Shown here: positions 13,939 through 28,800 of the stretch, piece by piece | Position numbering within the stretch: position 1 is the stretch's first letter | Layout: every line of letters begins with the position of its first letter | Origin: the human T2T-CHM13v2.0 reference genome, Homo sapiens | DNA length: 64,000 nt | Reading direction: 5' to 3' | Assembly (NCBI GenBank): GCA_009914755.4 | Contig: CP086569.2 | Coordinates: 12,576,001-12,640,000, forward strand | Notes under the pieces: model-generated | What the model saw: only the letters and a program-made list of their open reading frames with translations | What the model was told of the DNA's origin: nothing | The model's database searches: none | Made by a program: the position numbers and the translations under genes

Positions 13939-16900
13939 GGAATTGAATGGAATCCAAAAGAATAGCATTGAATGGAGTCTAATGGAAAGATATTAAATTG
14001 AATGGAATAGAGTGGACTCGAATGGAATGGACTGCAAAGGAATAGACTCTAATGGAAGGGACTGGAGTGGAATGGACACGAATGTAACAGAAACGCATGG
14101 AATGGACTAGAAGGGAATGGATTTGGATAGAAAGGAATGAAATGGAATGGACTCAAATGGAATAGAATGGAATGAAATGACTTCGAATGGAATGGAATGG
14201 AATTGAATCGAATGGAATGGACCTGAAAAGAATAGAATACAATGGAATGGTATTGAATTGAATGGAATGGAATGGCATGGAATGGACACAAATGTAATGG
14301 ACTCGAATGGAATGGACTGAAATAGAATGGACTCGAAAGGAAAGGTGTCGAATGGAATTTATTTGAATAGAATTGAATCGAATGGAATGCAACAGTATGC
14401 AATGGGATCGAATTGAATGGAATCGAATGCAATAGAACAGAACGGAATGGACTGGAATAGAACGGACTCCAATGTAATGGATTGCAATGTAATTGATTCG
14501 AATTGAATGGAATCTAATGGACTGTAATCAATTAGAATGCAATGGAATGAAATGGAAAGGAATAAAGTGGAATGCAATGTTATGGAACGGAGTGGAATCG
14601 AGTGCAATGGAATCGAATGGAATGGAATCAAATGGAATGTACTGGAATGGAATGGACTGCAATGTAATGGAAGGAAAAAATGGAATCGAACAGATTGGAA
14701 CCGAACGGAACGGAATGGAATGGAAGGGACAAAAATGGAATGGAGTCGAATGGAATGGAATCAAATGGAATGGATTGGAATTGAGTGGAAACGAAAGGAA
14801 TAGAATGGAATGGAGTGTAACGGAAATATATCGAATGGAATGGAATGGAGTGGAATCGAATGTAATGGAATTGAATGGATTGGAGGAATCAGATGGAACG
14901 GAATGGAATGGGGTGGATTCTGATGGAATAGAATCGAACGGAATGGCATCAAATGGAATGGAATGGACTCGAATGAAATGGACTCGAATTGAATAAAATC
15001 AATTGGAATAGCATCAAATTGAATGGAATGGAATTTAGTGGAATGGAATGGAATTGAATGGACTCAAATGTAATGGACTCGTATGGAATGGAATCAAATA
15101 GAATAGACTCAAAAGGAATGGTCTCGAATGGAATTTATTCGAATAGAATGTAATCGAATGGATTGCAATAGTATGGAATGGAATCCAATGGAAAGTTATT
15201 GAAGGGAATGGAACGGAATGGAATGGACTGGAATAGAATTTAATGAATTGCAATGTAATTAATTCTAATGGAATGAAATCGAATGGAATGTAATCAACTA
15301 GAATGGAATGGAATGCAACGGAATGGAACAGAGTTGAGTGGAATGGAGTTGAATGGAATGGAATCGAATGGAATGGACTCCAATGGAATGGACTGGAACA
15401 AAATGGAATAATACGGATTGCAATAGAACAGAACGGAATTTAATGGAATGGAATGTATTGGAATAGACCTGAATGGATTGTTGTCGACTGTAATGGAACC
15501 AAATGGAATGGAATCAAATGGAATGGAAGTGAATGGAATCGAAAGGAATAGAATGGAATGGAATGTAACGGAAATATATCTAAAGGAATAGAATGGAATA
15601 GTCTCAAATGGAATGAACTGGAATGGAATGGACTCAAATGGCATGGACAGGAGTGGTATGGACTCGAATGGAATGGAAATGAATGGAATGGAATGGAATG
15701 GAATGGAATGGAATGGAATGGAATGGAATGGAATGCAATGGAATGGAAAGGATTACCATGGAATGGAATCGGATGAAAAGAAACTGAACGGAATGGAGTT
15801 GAATGGAATGGCATCAAATGGAATGGAATGGAATGACTCGAATGGAATGGACTCGAATGGAGTAGAATTCTGTGGAATACAATCGCGTGGAATGGAAGGG
15901 AATGGAATGGTATGGACCCAAATGGAATGGAATCGAATAGAATGGACTCAAATACAATGCACTCGAAAGGAAAGGTCTCAAATGGAATTTATTCGAAACG
16001 AATGGAATCAAATGGAATGCAATAGTATGGAATGGAATCGAAAGGAATTGACAAGGATGGAATGGACTAGAACAGAACGTACACGAATGTAATGGATTGC
16101 AATATAATAGAAATAGAAAGGAACCGTATGGAAGGTAATCAAATGAAATGGAATGGAATGCAATGGAATGGAATACAATGGAATGCAATGGAATGGAACA
16201 AAGTGGAATTGAGTGGAAGGAAATCGAATGGAATGGAATGGAGTGAACTCGAAATAAATGCACCAATGGAATGGAAGGGAATGGAATGGAATTGAATGGA
16301 ATTGAAAAGAATAGAATGGAATGGACAGTAATGAAAGATACCGAATGGAATGGAATATAATCAAATGGAATGGACTGTAATATAATTGACTCGAATGGAA
16401 TGGGCTTTAGGGAATTGACTCAAATGGAATGGAAACGAATGGAATGGAATGGAAATGAAAGGAAAAGAATGTAATGAAATCGGATGGAATGGAATGGAAT
16501 GGAATGTAGTCGAATGGAATAGAATCCAATGGAATGCAATAGTATGGATTGGAATCGAATGGAATGGAATTGAATGGAATGGAGCAGAATTGAATGGACT
16601 GGAATAGAAAGGACTCATATGTAATGGATTGCAATGTAATCGATTTGAAAGAATGGAATCCAACTTAATTAAATCAAATGGAATGGAATGGAATGCAGTG
16701 CAGTGGAATAGAATAGAATGCAATGGAATAGAATGGAGTGGAATCGAAGGGAATGGAATCGAATGCAGTGGAATTGAATGGAATGGAGTCGAATGGAATG
16801 GACTGGAACAAAACGGAAATTAACGGATTGGAATTGAACGGAAAAGAATGGAATGGAATGGAATGGAATGGAATGGAATGGAATAGAATGGAGTCTAATG

Positions 16901-18962
16901 CAATAGAATCGAATGCAATGGCATCGAATTTTATGGAATGGAACGGACTCGAATGGAATGGACTCAAATAGAATGGCATTGAATGGAATGGGATGGAATG
17001 GAATGGAAAGGAATGGTAGCGAATGGACACAAATGAAATCGACTCAAATGGAATGAACTCAAATAGAATGAAATCGAAAGCAAAGGTCTCGAAAGGAAAT
17101 TATTCTAATAGAATGGAATCGAATGGAGTGCAAAAGTATGGAAAGGATTCGAAGGGAATGGAATCGAATGGAATTGACCAGAATGGAATGGACTGGAATA
17201 GTACGGAGTCGAATATAATGGATTGTAACGTGATTGACATGAATGGAATGGAATCAAATGGAATGTAATCAAATGCAACATAATGGAATGCAACGGAATG
17301 ATGTCGAATGGAATGGACAAAAAAGAAATGTACTACTGAAAAAACGGAATTGAACGGATTGGAATTGAATATAATCGAATGGAATTGAATGGAATCGAAT
17401 CGAATGGAATAGAGTGTCATGGATAGATATCGAATGGATTAGAATGGAATGGAATGGACTCAAATGGAATGGACTGGAATTGAATAGACAGGAATGGAAT
17501 GCACTGGAATGAAATGGAGTCGAATGTAATGGAATGGAGTGGAATGGACTCGAATGGAAGGGAAACAAATGGAGTGGAATGGAATGCAATGGAATGCAAT
17601 GCAATGGAATGGAAAGAATTGAATAGAATGGAAACGGATGGAATGGAATGGACAGGAATGGAGTCAAATGGAATAGAATAGAATGGAATGGCATGAAATG
17701 GAATGGAAGGGAATGGAAAGGAATGGACTCAAATGGAATAAATATGAATGGAATATAATCGAATGTAACGGCATCAAACGGAATTGAATAGAATAGCATG
17801 GAATGGAATGGACGCGAATGTAATGGACTCAAATGGATTGGATTCAAATACGACGGATTTGAAAGGAATGGTCTTGAAGGGAATTCATTCGAATAGTATC
17901 GAATCGAATGGAATGCAATACTAAGGAATGGAATATAATGGAATGGAATCCAATGGAATGGAGTGAAAAGGAATGGACTGGAATAGAATGGACTCGAATG
18001 TAATGGATTACAAGCAATTGATTTCAATGGAATGGAGTCACATGGAATGGAATCAAATGGAATGGAATGGAATGCAAAGTAATGGAATAGGATGGAAAGC
18101 AATTTAATGGAACGGAGTGGAATCGAGTGGAACGGAATCTAAAGGAATGGAATCGAAAGAAAAGGAATCGAATGGAATGTACTGGAATGGAATGAACAGG
18201 AAAACCATGGAATCGAAAGGATTGGAATCAAACGGAACAGAATGTAATTGATTGGAATGAACTCGCATGGAATGGAGTCGAATTGAATGGAATAGAATGG
18301 AATGGAATCAAATGGATTGGAATTGAATGCAATCAAAGGGAATAGAATGGAATGGAGTGGAATGGAAAGATAATGAAAGGAGTGGAATTCAATGGAATGG
18401 ACTCAAATGGAATGGACTCGAATAGAAAGGACTGGAATGGAATGGAATCGAATGTAATAGAAACTAATGGTTTGGAATTGAATGAAATGGAATGGAATGG
18501 AATGGAATCAAATGAAATGGAATGGAATGGAATGGAAAGAAATACAATGGAATGGAATCTGATGGAATGGAATGGAATGAAATGGAGACGAATGGGATAG
18601 CATCGAATGCAATGGAATGGAATGGAGTGGAATGGAATAGAATTGAATGGACTCTAATGGAATAGAATCAAATGGAATGGCACCGAATGGAATGGAATGG
18701 GAAGGAATGGAATTGACCCAAATGTAATAGACTCGAAATGAATGGATTCAAGTGGAATGGACTCAAAAGGAATGGTCTCGTAAGGAATATATTCCAATAG
18801 ATTGGAATAGAATGGAATGCAATAGAATGGAATGGAATCAAACGGAATGGAATCGAATGGAATGGAATGGAATGGAATTGACTGGAATAGAATGAATTCA
18901 AATGTAATGGATTGCAAAGTAATTGATTCGAATGCCATGGAATCAAATGGAATTATTCAAAA

Positions 18963-19100
18963 GGAATGGAATGGAATACAATGGAATGGAATGGAATGGA
19001 ATGGAATGGAATGGAATGGAATGGAATGGAATGGAATGGAATGGAATGCAATGGAATGGAATGGAATGGAATGGAATGGAATGGAATGCAATGGAATGGA
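18963..19100 (+). repeat. Near-pure (GGAAT)~27 tract with only ATACAAT/GCAAT substitutions
   Basis: Uninterrupted ggaatggaat... read directly; translates as MEWNGMEWNG on + and HSIPFHSIPF on - in the ORF track. Confidence 0.9.
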
Positions 19101-19831
19101 ACATAGAGGACTCATGTGGAATAGAACAGAATGGAATGGAATCGAATAGAATGGACTGGTAAGGAATGTATTAAAATGGAATTCACTAGAACAAAATCGA
19201 ATCAATCGGATTGGAATTGAATAGAACAGAATGGAATGGAATGGAATTGAATGGAATGGAATGGAATGGAATGGATTCGATTGGAATGGAATATAATGGA
19301 ATGGAACCGAATGGAATTGAACCAAAACAAACGAAGTGAATGGAATCGAAAGGGATAGAATGGAATGGAGTGTAATGAAAAGATATCGAATGGAAACGAA
19401 TGGAATTGAATGGACTCGAAGGGAATGGATTGGAATGGAATGGACTGGAGTTGAATGGACTCGAATGGAATGGAAAGGAGTGCCATGGAATGCAATGAAA
19501 TGCAATGGAAAGGAATAGAATGGAATGGAATGGAATGAAACTGAATGGAATGGAATGTAGTCGAATATAATAGAATCAAATGGAATGGCCTTGAATATAA
19601 TGAAATGCAATGGAATGGAATCGAAAGGAATGGACTCAAATGGAGTAGAATTGAATGGAATGGCTTCGAATGGAATGGCATGTAATGGAACGGACCCAAA
19701 TGTAATGGAATCGAACAGAACAGACACAAATAGAATGGACTGAAAAGGAATGGTCTCGAATGGAATTTTTTCGATTAGAATGGAATTGAATGCAATGCAA
19801 TAGTGTGGAATGGAATCGAATGGAATCGACA

Positions 19832-19884
19832 GGAATGGAATGGAATGGAATGGAATGGAATGGAATGGAATGGAATGGAATGGA
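19832..19884 (+). repeat. Pure (GGAAT)10 tract
   Basis: Direct reading of perfect pentamer iterations. Confidence 0.9.
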
Positions 19885-21386
19885 CGAGAATGTAATGGAT
19901 TGCAATGCAATTGGTTTGAATGGAATGAAATCCAATGGAATGTAATCAAATGGAATGAAAAGGTGTACAATGGAATGGAATAGAATGGAATGCAATGGAA
20001 TGGAATGGAGTGGAATCGAGTGGAATGGAATCGAATATAAAGGAATTGAATGTAATGGAATCGAATGGAATGGACTGGAGTGGAATGGACTCGAAAGGAA
20101 TGAAGTGGAACAAAATGGAATCGAACAGATTGGACTTGAATGGAATGGAATGGAATGGACTCGAATGGAATGGAGTCGAATGGAAAGGAATCGAAAGGAA
20201 TGGAATGAAGTTGAAAGGGATAGAATGGAATCAAAATGAATAGAATGGAATGGAGAGTAATGGAAAGATATCAAATGGAATGGACTGGAATGGAATGGAA
20301 TCGAACGGAATGCACTGGAATGGAATGGACTCGAATGGAATCGGTTGGAGTGGAATGGACTCAAATGGAATGGAAACGTTTGTAATGGAATGGAAAGGAA
20401 TAGAATGGAATGTAATCGGATGGAATGGAATGGAATGGAATGGAGTCAAATGGAATAGAATCGAATGGAATGGCCTCGAAAAGAATGGATAGGAATGAAA
20501 TGGACTCGAATGGATTGGACTCGAATGGAATAGATTAGAATTGAATGACATCAAATGGAATGGAATGGAACCAAATGTAATGGACTCGAATGGAATGGAT
20601 TCAAATTGAAAGGACTCAAAAGGAATGGTCCCGAAAGGAATTTATTCGAATAGAATGGAATCAAACAGAATGCAGTAGTAGGGAATGGAATTGAATTCAA
20701 AGGTATCGAAAAGAATGGACCGGAATGGAACAGTCAAGTATAGAACAGAATCGAATGTAATGGATTGCAATGCAATTGGTTCAAATGGAACGGTATCGAA
20801 TGGAATGTAATCAAATGGAATGGAAAGGAATTGAATGGATTACAATGGAACGGAACGGAGTGGAATCGAGGGTAATGGAATCTAATTTAATGGAATCGAA
20901 TAGAATGGACTGGAATGGAATGGACACGAAAGGAATGGACTGGAAGAAAATGGAATTGAACGGATTGGAATCGAGCGGAATGGAAAGTAATGGAATGGAT
21001 TAGAATGGAGTCGAATGGAATGGAGTTGAATGGAATGGACCCGAATGGAATGGAATCAAAGGAAATGGACTGGAGTGGAATAGACACGAAAGGAATGGAA
21101 ACGAATGCAATGGAATGGAATGGAAGGGAATGCAATGGAAAGGAATGGAATGGAATGGAATGGAATGGAATGGAATGGAATAGATTGGAAAGGAATGCAA
21201 TGGAATGGAATGGAATGGAATGGAATGGAATGGAATGGAATGGAATGGAATGGAATTGAATTGGATGGAACAAAATGGAATTGAATGGAGTCGAATAGAA
21301 TATAATCCAAAGGAATGGCATCGAAAGGAATGGAATGGAAAGGAATGGATTCGAATGGAATACAATGGAATGGAATGGTATTGAAA

Positions 21387-21582
21387 GGAATGGAATGGAA
21401 TGGAATGGAATGGAATGGAATGGAATGGAATGGAATGGAATGGAATGCAATGGAATGGAATGGAATGAAATGGAATGCAATGGAATGGAATGGAATGCAA
21501 TGGAATGGAATGGAATGGAATGGAATGCAATGGAATGGAATGGAATGGAATGGAATGCAATGGAATGGAATGGAATGGAATG
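21387..21582 (+). repeat. Longest near-pure tract, about 39 pentamers. Starts with (GGAAT)12, then runs of 3-5 GGAAT punctuated by GCAAT (once GAAAT) about every 20-30 bp
   Basis: Direct reading; + ORF 21315..21623 translates as MEWNGMEWNGMECNGMEWNEMECNGMEWNAMEWNG..., which reflects the periodic GCAAT substitutions. Confidence 0.9.
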
Positions 21583-22585
21583 AAATAGAATGTACTCGAA
21601 TGAAATGGACTCAAAAGGAATAGAATCGTATGGAATGGCATCGAATGGAATGGAATGGAATGGACCCACATATAATTGACTCGAAAAGAATAGACACAAA
21701 TAGAATGGACTTGAAAGAATGGTTTCGAATGGAATTTATTCAAATAGAATTGAATCAAATGGAATGTAATAGTATGGAATGAAATCAAATGGAATGGAAT
21801 CGAAATGAATGGACCGGAATGCATTGGACTGGAATAGAAAGGACTCGAATGAAATGGGTTACAATGTAATTGATTCAAATGGAATGGAATCGAATAGAAT
21901 GGAATCAAATGGGATGGAATGGAATGCAATGTAATGGAAGGTAATGCAATGTAATGGAACAGAATGGCATACAATGGAATGGAATGGAATGGAGTGGAAT
22001 CGAGTGGAATGGAGTCGAATGGAATGGTATTGTGTGGAATGGATTGGAATTGAATGGACTCGAATGGAATGGAATGGAAAAAAATGGAATCAAATGGATA
22101 GGAATCGAACGGAACGGAATAGAATGGAATGGAATCGAATGGAATGGAGTCAAAAGGAATGGAATCGAATGGAATGGAATCGAATGTAATGGAATATAAT
22201 GGAATGAAATTGAAAGGAATCGAAAGGAATAGAAGTGAATGGAGTGTAATGGAATGACATTGAATGGAATGGATTGGAATGGACTCGAATGGAACGGACT
22301 GGAGTGGAGTCGACTTGAATGGAATGGACTGGAGTGGAATGGATTCGAGTGGAATGGAAACAAATGGAATGGAATGCAATGGAAAGGAATGGAATGGAAT
22401 AGAATTAAATGGATTTGGATGGAACGGAATGCAATGGAATGGAGTCGAATGGAATAGAATCGAAAGGAATGGCATCAAATGCATTTTACTGGAATGGAAT
22501 GGGTTGGAATGGAATCGAAGGGAAAGGATTCAATTGGATTATAATTGAATGTAATGGAAGAGAATGGCATGGAATGTAATGGAAT

Positions 22586-22885
22586 GGACCCAAATGTAAT
22601 GGACTCGAATGGACTGGTCTCAAACAGAATGGAATAGAAAGAAACGGTCTCGAATGGAATCTATTTGAAGAGAATGGAATCGAATGGAATCCAATAGTGT
22701 GGAATTTAATCGAAGGGAATTGAATCGAACAGAATGGACAGAATGGAATGGAATGGAATACGACGGACTTGAATGTAAAGAATTGCAATGTAATTGATAC
22801 AAATGGAACAGAATCAAATGGAATGTAATCAAATGGAATGGAATGGAATGCAATGGAGTGGAGCGGAATGGAATCGAGAGTAATG
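22586..22885 (+). repeat. Anchor block copy
   Basis: ggacccaaatgtaatggactcgaatggactggtctcaaacagaatgg...ctatttgaagagaatgg...ccaatagtgtggaat...aattgcaatgtaattgatacaaatgg...ggagtggagcggaatggaatcgagag, read directly. Confidence 0.7.
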
Positions 22886-25800
22886 GAATCAAAAGGAATG
22901 GTATTCAACGGAAAGGACTGGAATGGCGTCGACTCAAATGGAATGGACTGAAACAAAATGGAATTGTACGGATTGCAATAGAATGGAACGGAATGGAATG
23001 GAATGGAATGGAATGGAATGGAATGGAATAGACTCGAATGTAATGGATTCGAATAGAATGGAATCAAATGGAATGCAATTGAACAGAAACGAAACGAAAA
23101 TAATGGAATGGAGTGTAATGGAAAGATATCAAAAGTAATGGAATGGACTCGAATGGTTTGGACTGGAATGGAATGCAACGGAATGGAATGGAAAGGAATA
23201 GAATGGAATGGAATCAGATGGAATGGAATGGAAGGGAATGGAGTCAAATGGAAGACAATAGAATGGAATGGCATCGATTGGAGTGTAAAGGATTGTACTC
23301 GAATAGAATGGACAGAGGTGGCATGAAATCTAATAGAAAGGACTGGAGTGAAGTGGACTCGTATGGAATGGAAACAAATGGATTGGAATGGAACGGAATG
23401 GAATAGAACGGAATGGAAAGAAATTGAATGGAATGGAATTGGATGGAATGGAATGGAATGGACCCAAATATAATGGACTCGAATGCAATGGACTCAAATA
23501 GAATGGACTCGAAAGGAATGGTCTCGAATGGAATTTGCTCATATACAATGGAATCGAATGTATTGAAATAGTATCGAACGGAATTGAATGGAATGGAATT
23601 GAAAGGAATGTACCATAATGGAATGGACTGGAATAGAACGGACGTGAATGTAATGGATTGCAGTGTAAATGATTCGAATGGAATTGAATAGAGTGGAATG
23701 TAATCAAATGGAATGGAATACAAAGCAAGGGAATAGAATGAAATGCAATGGAATGGAACGAAGTGGAATCCAGTAGAATGGAATCGAATGGAATGGAATC
23801 GAATGGAATGGATTCGAATGGAATGGAATGGAACAAAATGGAATCATACGGATTGGAATAGAACAGAACAGAATGTAATGGAAATGAATGGAATGGACTC
23901 GAATGGAATGTATTCGAATGGAATGGAATGGAATGGAATGGAATGGAATGGAATGGAATGGAATCGAGTGGAATGGAATTCAGCAAAATAGAAGGGAATA
24001 GAATGGAATGGAGTGTTATGGAAAGATATCGAATGGAATGGAATGGAACAGAATGGAAAGGAATGGATTCGAAGGGAATGGAATCGAATGGAATGTAGTG
24101 GAATGAAATTGACTCTATTGCAATGGACTGGAGTGGAATGGACTCGAATGGAATGGAAACGAATGGAATGGAATTGAATAGAATAGAAGGAAAAGGAAAA
24201 GAATGGAATGGAATCGGATGGAATTGAATGGAATGGAATGGAGTTGAATGGAAGAGAATCGAATGGAATGTCATCGAATGGAAAGGAATGGAATTGAATG
24301 GACTCGAATGGAGTGGACTCGAATGGAACAGAATCGAATGATGTGTCATGGAATGGAATGGAATGGAATGGACCCAAATGTAATGGACTGGAATGGAATG
24401 CACTCAAATAGAATGGATTCAAAAGGAATGGTCTCGAATAGAATTTATTCAAATACAATGGAATCAAATGGAATGCAATGGCATGGAATGGAATCTAATG
24501 AAATGGAATCGAATGGAATGTAGCGGGATGGAGAGGACTGGAACATAATGGAATCGAACGGACTGGAATCCAATTTAAAGGAATGCAATGGAATTGAGTG
24601 GAAAGGAATGGAATGGAATGGACTCGAAAGTAATGTAGTTGAATGGAATGGAATCGAAAGGAATGGACTGAACTGGAATGAATTCGGGTGGAATGGACAA
24701 CAGTGGAATGTACTCGAATTGAAAGGAAATAAAGGGAATGGAATGGAATGGAATGGAATGGAATGGAATGGAATGGAATGGAATGGAATATACTGAAACG
24801 GAATAAGATGGAACGGAATGGAATGTAATGGAGTTGAATGGAATAGAATCCAATGCAATGGCATCGAATGGAATGGAATGGAATGGACTCGAATAGAATG
24901 GATTTGAAAGGAATAGAATTGAATAAAATGGCAAGGAATGGAATGGAATGGAATGGAATGGAATGGAATGGAATGGAATGGAATGGACCGGAAAGCAATG
25001 GACTGAAATAGAAACGGACTCGAATGTATTGGATTGCAATGTAATTGATTCGAAGAAATTGGAATCAAATGGAATATAATCGTACGTAATGGAATGAAAT
25101 GCAATGGAAATGAATAGAGTGGAATGCAATGGAAAGGAACGGAGTGGAATCGAATGGAATGGAATCGAATTGAATGGAATAGAATTGAATGGAATAGAAT
25201 GGAATGAACTCGAATTGAATGGGGTCCAATGGAATTGAATCGAATGGATTGGAATCTAATGGAATGGAATTGAATGGTATGGATAGGAATAGAATGGAAT
25301 GGAGTGTAATGGAAAGATATAGAATGGAATGGAATGGAGTCGAATGGAATGGAGAGGAATGGAATGGACTCGAACGGAATGGACTGGAGTGGAATGGAAT
25401 ATATTGGAATGGAAATAAAAGGAATGGAAGGGAATGGAAAGGTATAGAATGGAATGGAATAGGATGGAACAGAATGGAATTGAATGGAGTCGAATTGAAT
25501 GGAATCAAACTGTATGGTAATGAACGGAATGGAATGGAATGGAATGGAATGGAATTGAAAGGAATGGACTCAAATGGAATAGAATCGAACTGAATGGCAT
25601 CGAATGGAATTGAATGGAATGGAATGGCATGGAATGGAATCAAATGCAATGGACTCGAATAGAGTGGACTCAAATTTAATAGACTAGAAAGGAAGGGTCT
25701 CAAATGTATTTTATTCGAATAGAATGGAAAGGAATGGAATGCAATAGTATTAAATGGAATCGAATGGAATGGAATGGAGTGGAATAGAACAGACTAGAAT

Positions 25801-28800
25801 ATAATGGACTGCAATGTAATTGATTCAAATGGAATGGAATCGAATGGAATGTAATCAAATGGAATGGAATGGAATGCAATGAAATGAAATGGAATGGAAT
25901 GGAATACAATGGAATGGAACGGAGTGGAATCGAGTGGAATGGAATAGAATGGAATGGAATCGAATTGAATGGAATCAAATGGAATGGACAGGAATGGAAT
26001 GGACACGAATGGAGTGGACGGGAACAAAATCGAATTTAACGGATTGGAATGGAATGGAACGCAAAGGAATGGAATGGAATGGAATGGAAAAAGGAATGGA
26101 CTCGAATGGAAATTAGTCAAATTGAATGGAACAACATGGAATGGAATTGAATGGAATCGAAATTAAAGGAATGGAATGGAGTGAAATGGAAAGATATCGT
26201 AAGCAATGGAATGGAATGGAATGGAATGGAATTGAATGGACTGAAATGGAATTGACTCGAATGGAATGGACTTGAGTGGAATGTACATGAGTGAAATAGA
26301 ATAGAATGGCTTGGCTTTGAATGGAATGGAATGTAATGGAATGGAGGGTAAAGAAAAGATATCGAACAGAATGGATTGGAATGGAATAGACTAGAATGGA
26401 ATGGACTGGAATGGGATGGAATTGAATGGAATGGACTCCAATGGAATAGAATAGAAAGGAATGGCAATGAATGGACTGGAATGGAAGGGAATGGAATGGA
26501 ATTGAATGCAAAGGAATGGACCTAATGCAACGGAATCGAATGGAATGGACTCAAATAGCATGGACGTGAAAGGAATGGTGTCGAATGGAATTTAGTCGAA
26601 TAGAATGGAATCCCATGGAATGTCATAGTATGGAATGGAAACGAATGGAATGGCATCGAATGGAATGGACTGAAATAGAATGGACTCTCAGGTAATGGAT
26701 TGAAATGTAATAGATTTGAATGGAATGGAATTGTTTAGAATGTAATCAAATGGAATGGAATGGAATGCAATTTAAAGCAATATAATGGAAGGCTACGGAA
26801 TGGAACATAGTGGAATCGATTGGATTGGAATTGAATGGAGTGGAATAGTTTGGAATGAAACTGAATGGAATGGAATGGAAAGGAATGGACTCGAATGAAG
26901 TGGACAGAAATGCAATGGACTTGAATTTATAGGGCTGGGATACAATGGATTGGAATGCAATGGAGGGGAATGGAATGGAATGGAATGGAATGGAATGGAA
27001 TGGAATGGACTCGAATAAAACGGAGTCAAATGGAATGGAATCGAATGGAATGGACTGCAACGGAATGGATTAGAATAGAATGAACTGGAGAGGAATGGAC
27101 TAGAAAGGAAAGGAAACCGATGGAATGGAATGGAATGGAATAGAATGGAATGGAATGGAATGGAAACGAATATAATGGAATGGAATCAGATGCAACCGAA
27201 TGGAATGGAACGGAGTTGAATGGTTTAGTATCCAATGGAATGGCATGGCATGGAATGGAATGGAATGCAATGGAATGGAATGAAATATAATGGACTCTAA
27301 TTGAATGGACTCGAATGAATAGAATCGAATGTAATGGCATCGAATTGAATGGAATGGAATAGAATGGAAAGGAATTGACCCAAATATAATGGACGCAAAT
27401 AGAATTGACTCAAATAGAATGGATATGAAAGGAATGGTCTCGAATGTAATTTATTTGAATAGAATGGAATCGAAAAGAATGCAATAGTATGGAATGGAAT
27501 CCAACGGAATGGAATAGAATGTAATGGAATGGAATAGAATGGACTGGAATAGAACAGACTCGAATGTAATGGATGGCAATGTAACTGATTTGAATGGAAT
27601 GGAATCGAATGGAATATAATCTAATGGAATTGAATAGAATGCAATGGAATGGAATATAATGGAATGCAATGGAATGGAACGTAGTGTAATCGAGTGAAAT
27701 GGAATAGAACAGAACGGAATCAGATGGAATCCCATCTAATCGAATGGACTGGAAAGGAGTGGACTAGAATGGAATGGACTGGAACAAAATGGAATCAAAT
27801 GGATTGGAATGAAATGCAACAGAATGGAGTGGAATTGAATAGAACAGAATGGACTCGAATGGAATGGAGTCGAATGGAGTTGAATGGAACGGAATTGAAT
27901 GGAATGGAATTGAATGGAACTGAAAGGAATAGAATCGAATGGAGTGTAATGGAAAGATATTGAATGGAATGGAATGGAATGAACTCGAATGGAATGGATT
28001 CGAAAGGGATGGAACTCAATGGAATGGATTCGAATTGAATGGAATCAAAAGGAATAGCATGGAATGGAGTGTAATGGAAAGATGTCGAATGGAATAGAAC
28101 AGACTCGAATGGAATGGATTCGAGTGGAATGGAATCGAATGGAATGGAATCGAATGGAATGGAATCGAATGGATTCGAATTGAACAGAATCAAAAGGAAT
28201 AGAATGTAATGGAATGGAATGGAAGGATGTCGAATGGAATGGAATGGAAAGGAATGGACTCGAATGGAATGGACTGGAATGGAGTGGACACGAATGGAAT
28301 GGACTGGAGTGGAACGGACTAGAATGGAATGGCAATGAATAGACTGGAATGGAATGGAATTGAAAGGAAGAGAATGCATTGGAATCGGATGGAATGAAAT
28401 GGAAAGGAATGTAGTCGAATGGAATAGAAACGAAAGGAATGGCATTGAATGGATTGGAATGGAATGGAATAAAATGGAATGGACTCAAATTGAATGTATT
28501 CGAATGGAATAGAATCAAAAGGAATAGCATTGAATGGAATGGAATGGAATGGAATGGAATGGAATGGAATGGAATGGAATGGACTCAAATGAAATGGACT
28601 TGAATGGAATGGACTCAACTACAATGGCATCGAAAGGAATGGCCCTGAATGCAATTTATTCTATAAGAATGAAATCAAATGGAATGCAATAGAATTGAAT
28701 GGAATTGAAAGGAATGGAATCAAATGGAATGTACCAGAATGGAATGGACAGGAATAGAACGGACTCAAATGTAATTTTTTGCAATGTAACTGATTGGAAA

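Noticed and set aside
21000-22484. 494-aa minus-strand ORF. Similar long ORFs: 18957..20234 (425 aa), 23330..24403 (357 aa), 29620..30660 (346 aa), 62128..63138 (336 aa), 51867..52817 (316 aa).
   Set aside because: Their translations are iterations of HSIPF/HSIPL and similar peptides. The frames of (ATTCC)n are ATT-CCA-TTC-CAT-TCC, which contain no stop codon, so long ORFs are expected by chance. There is no start context, no codon-usage signal, and the sequences are extreme low-complexity pentapeptide repeats. They are not genes.
28030-28530. Three similar GAATCAAAAGGAATAG[C/A]AT...GGAA[A/G]GATGTCGAATGG segments at about 28040, about 28190 and about 28500, suggesting another local HOR.
   Set aside because: The copies are short (about 60-70 bp of similarity) and unevenly spaced (about 150 and about 310 bp). 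I could not delimit a clean unit by eye, so I left it as unconfirmed rather than report it as a feature.
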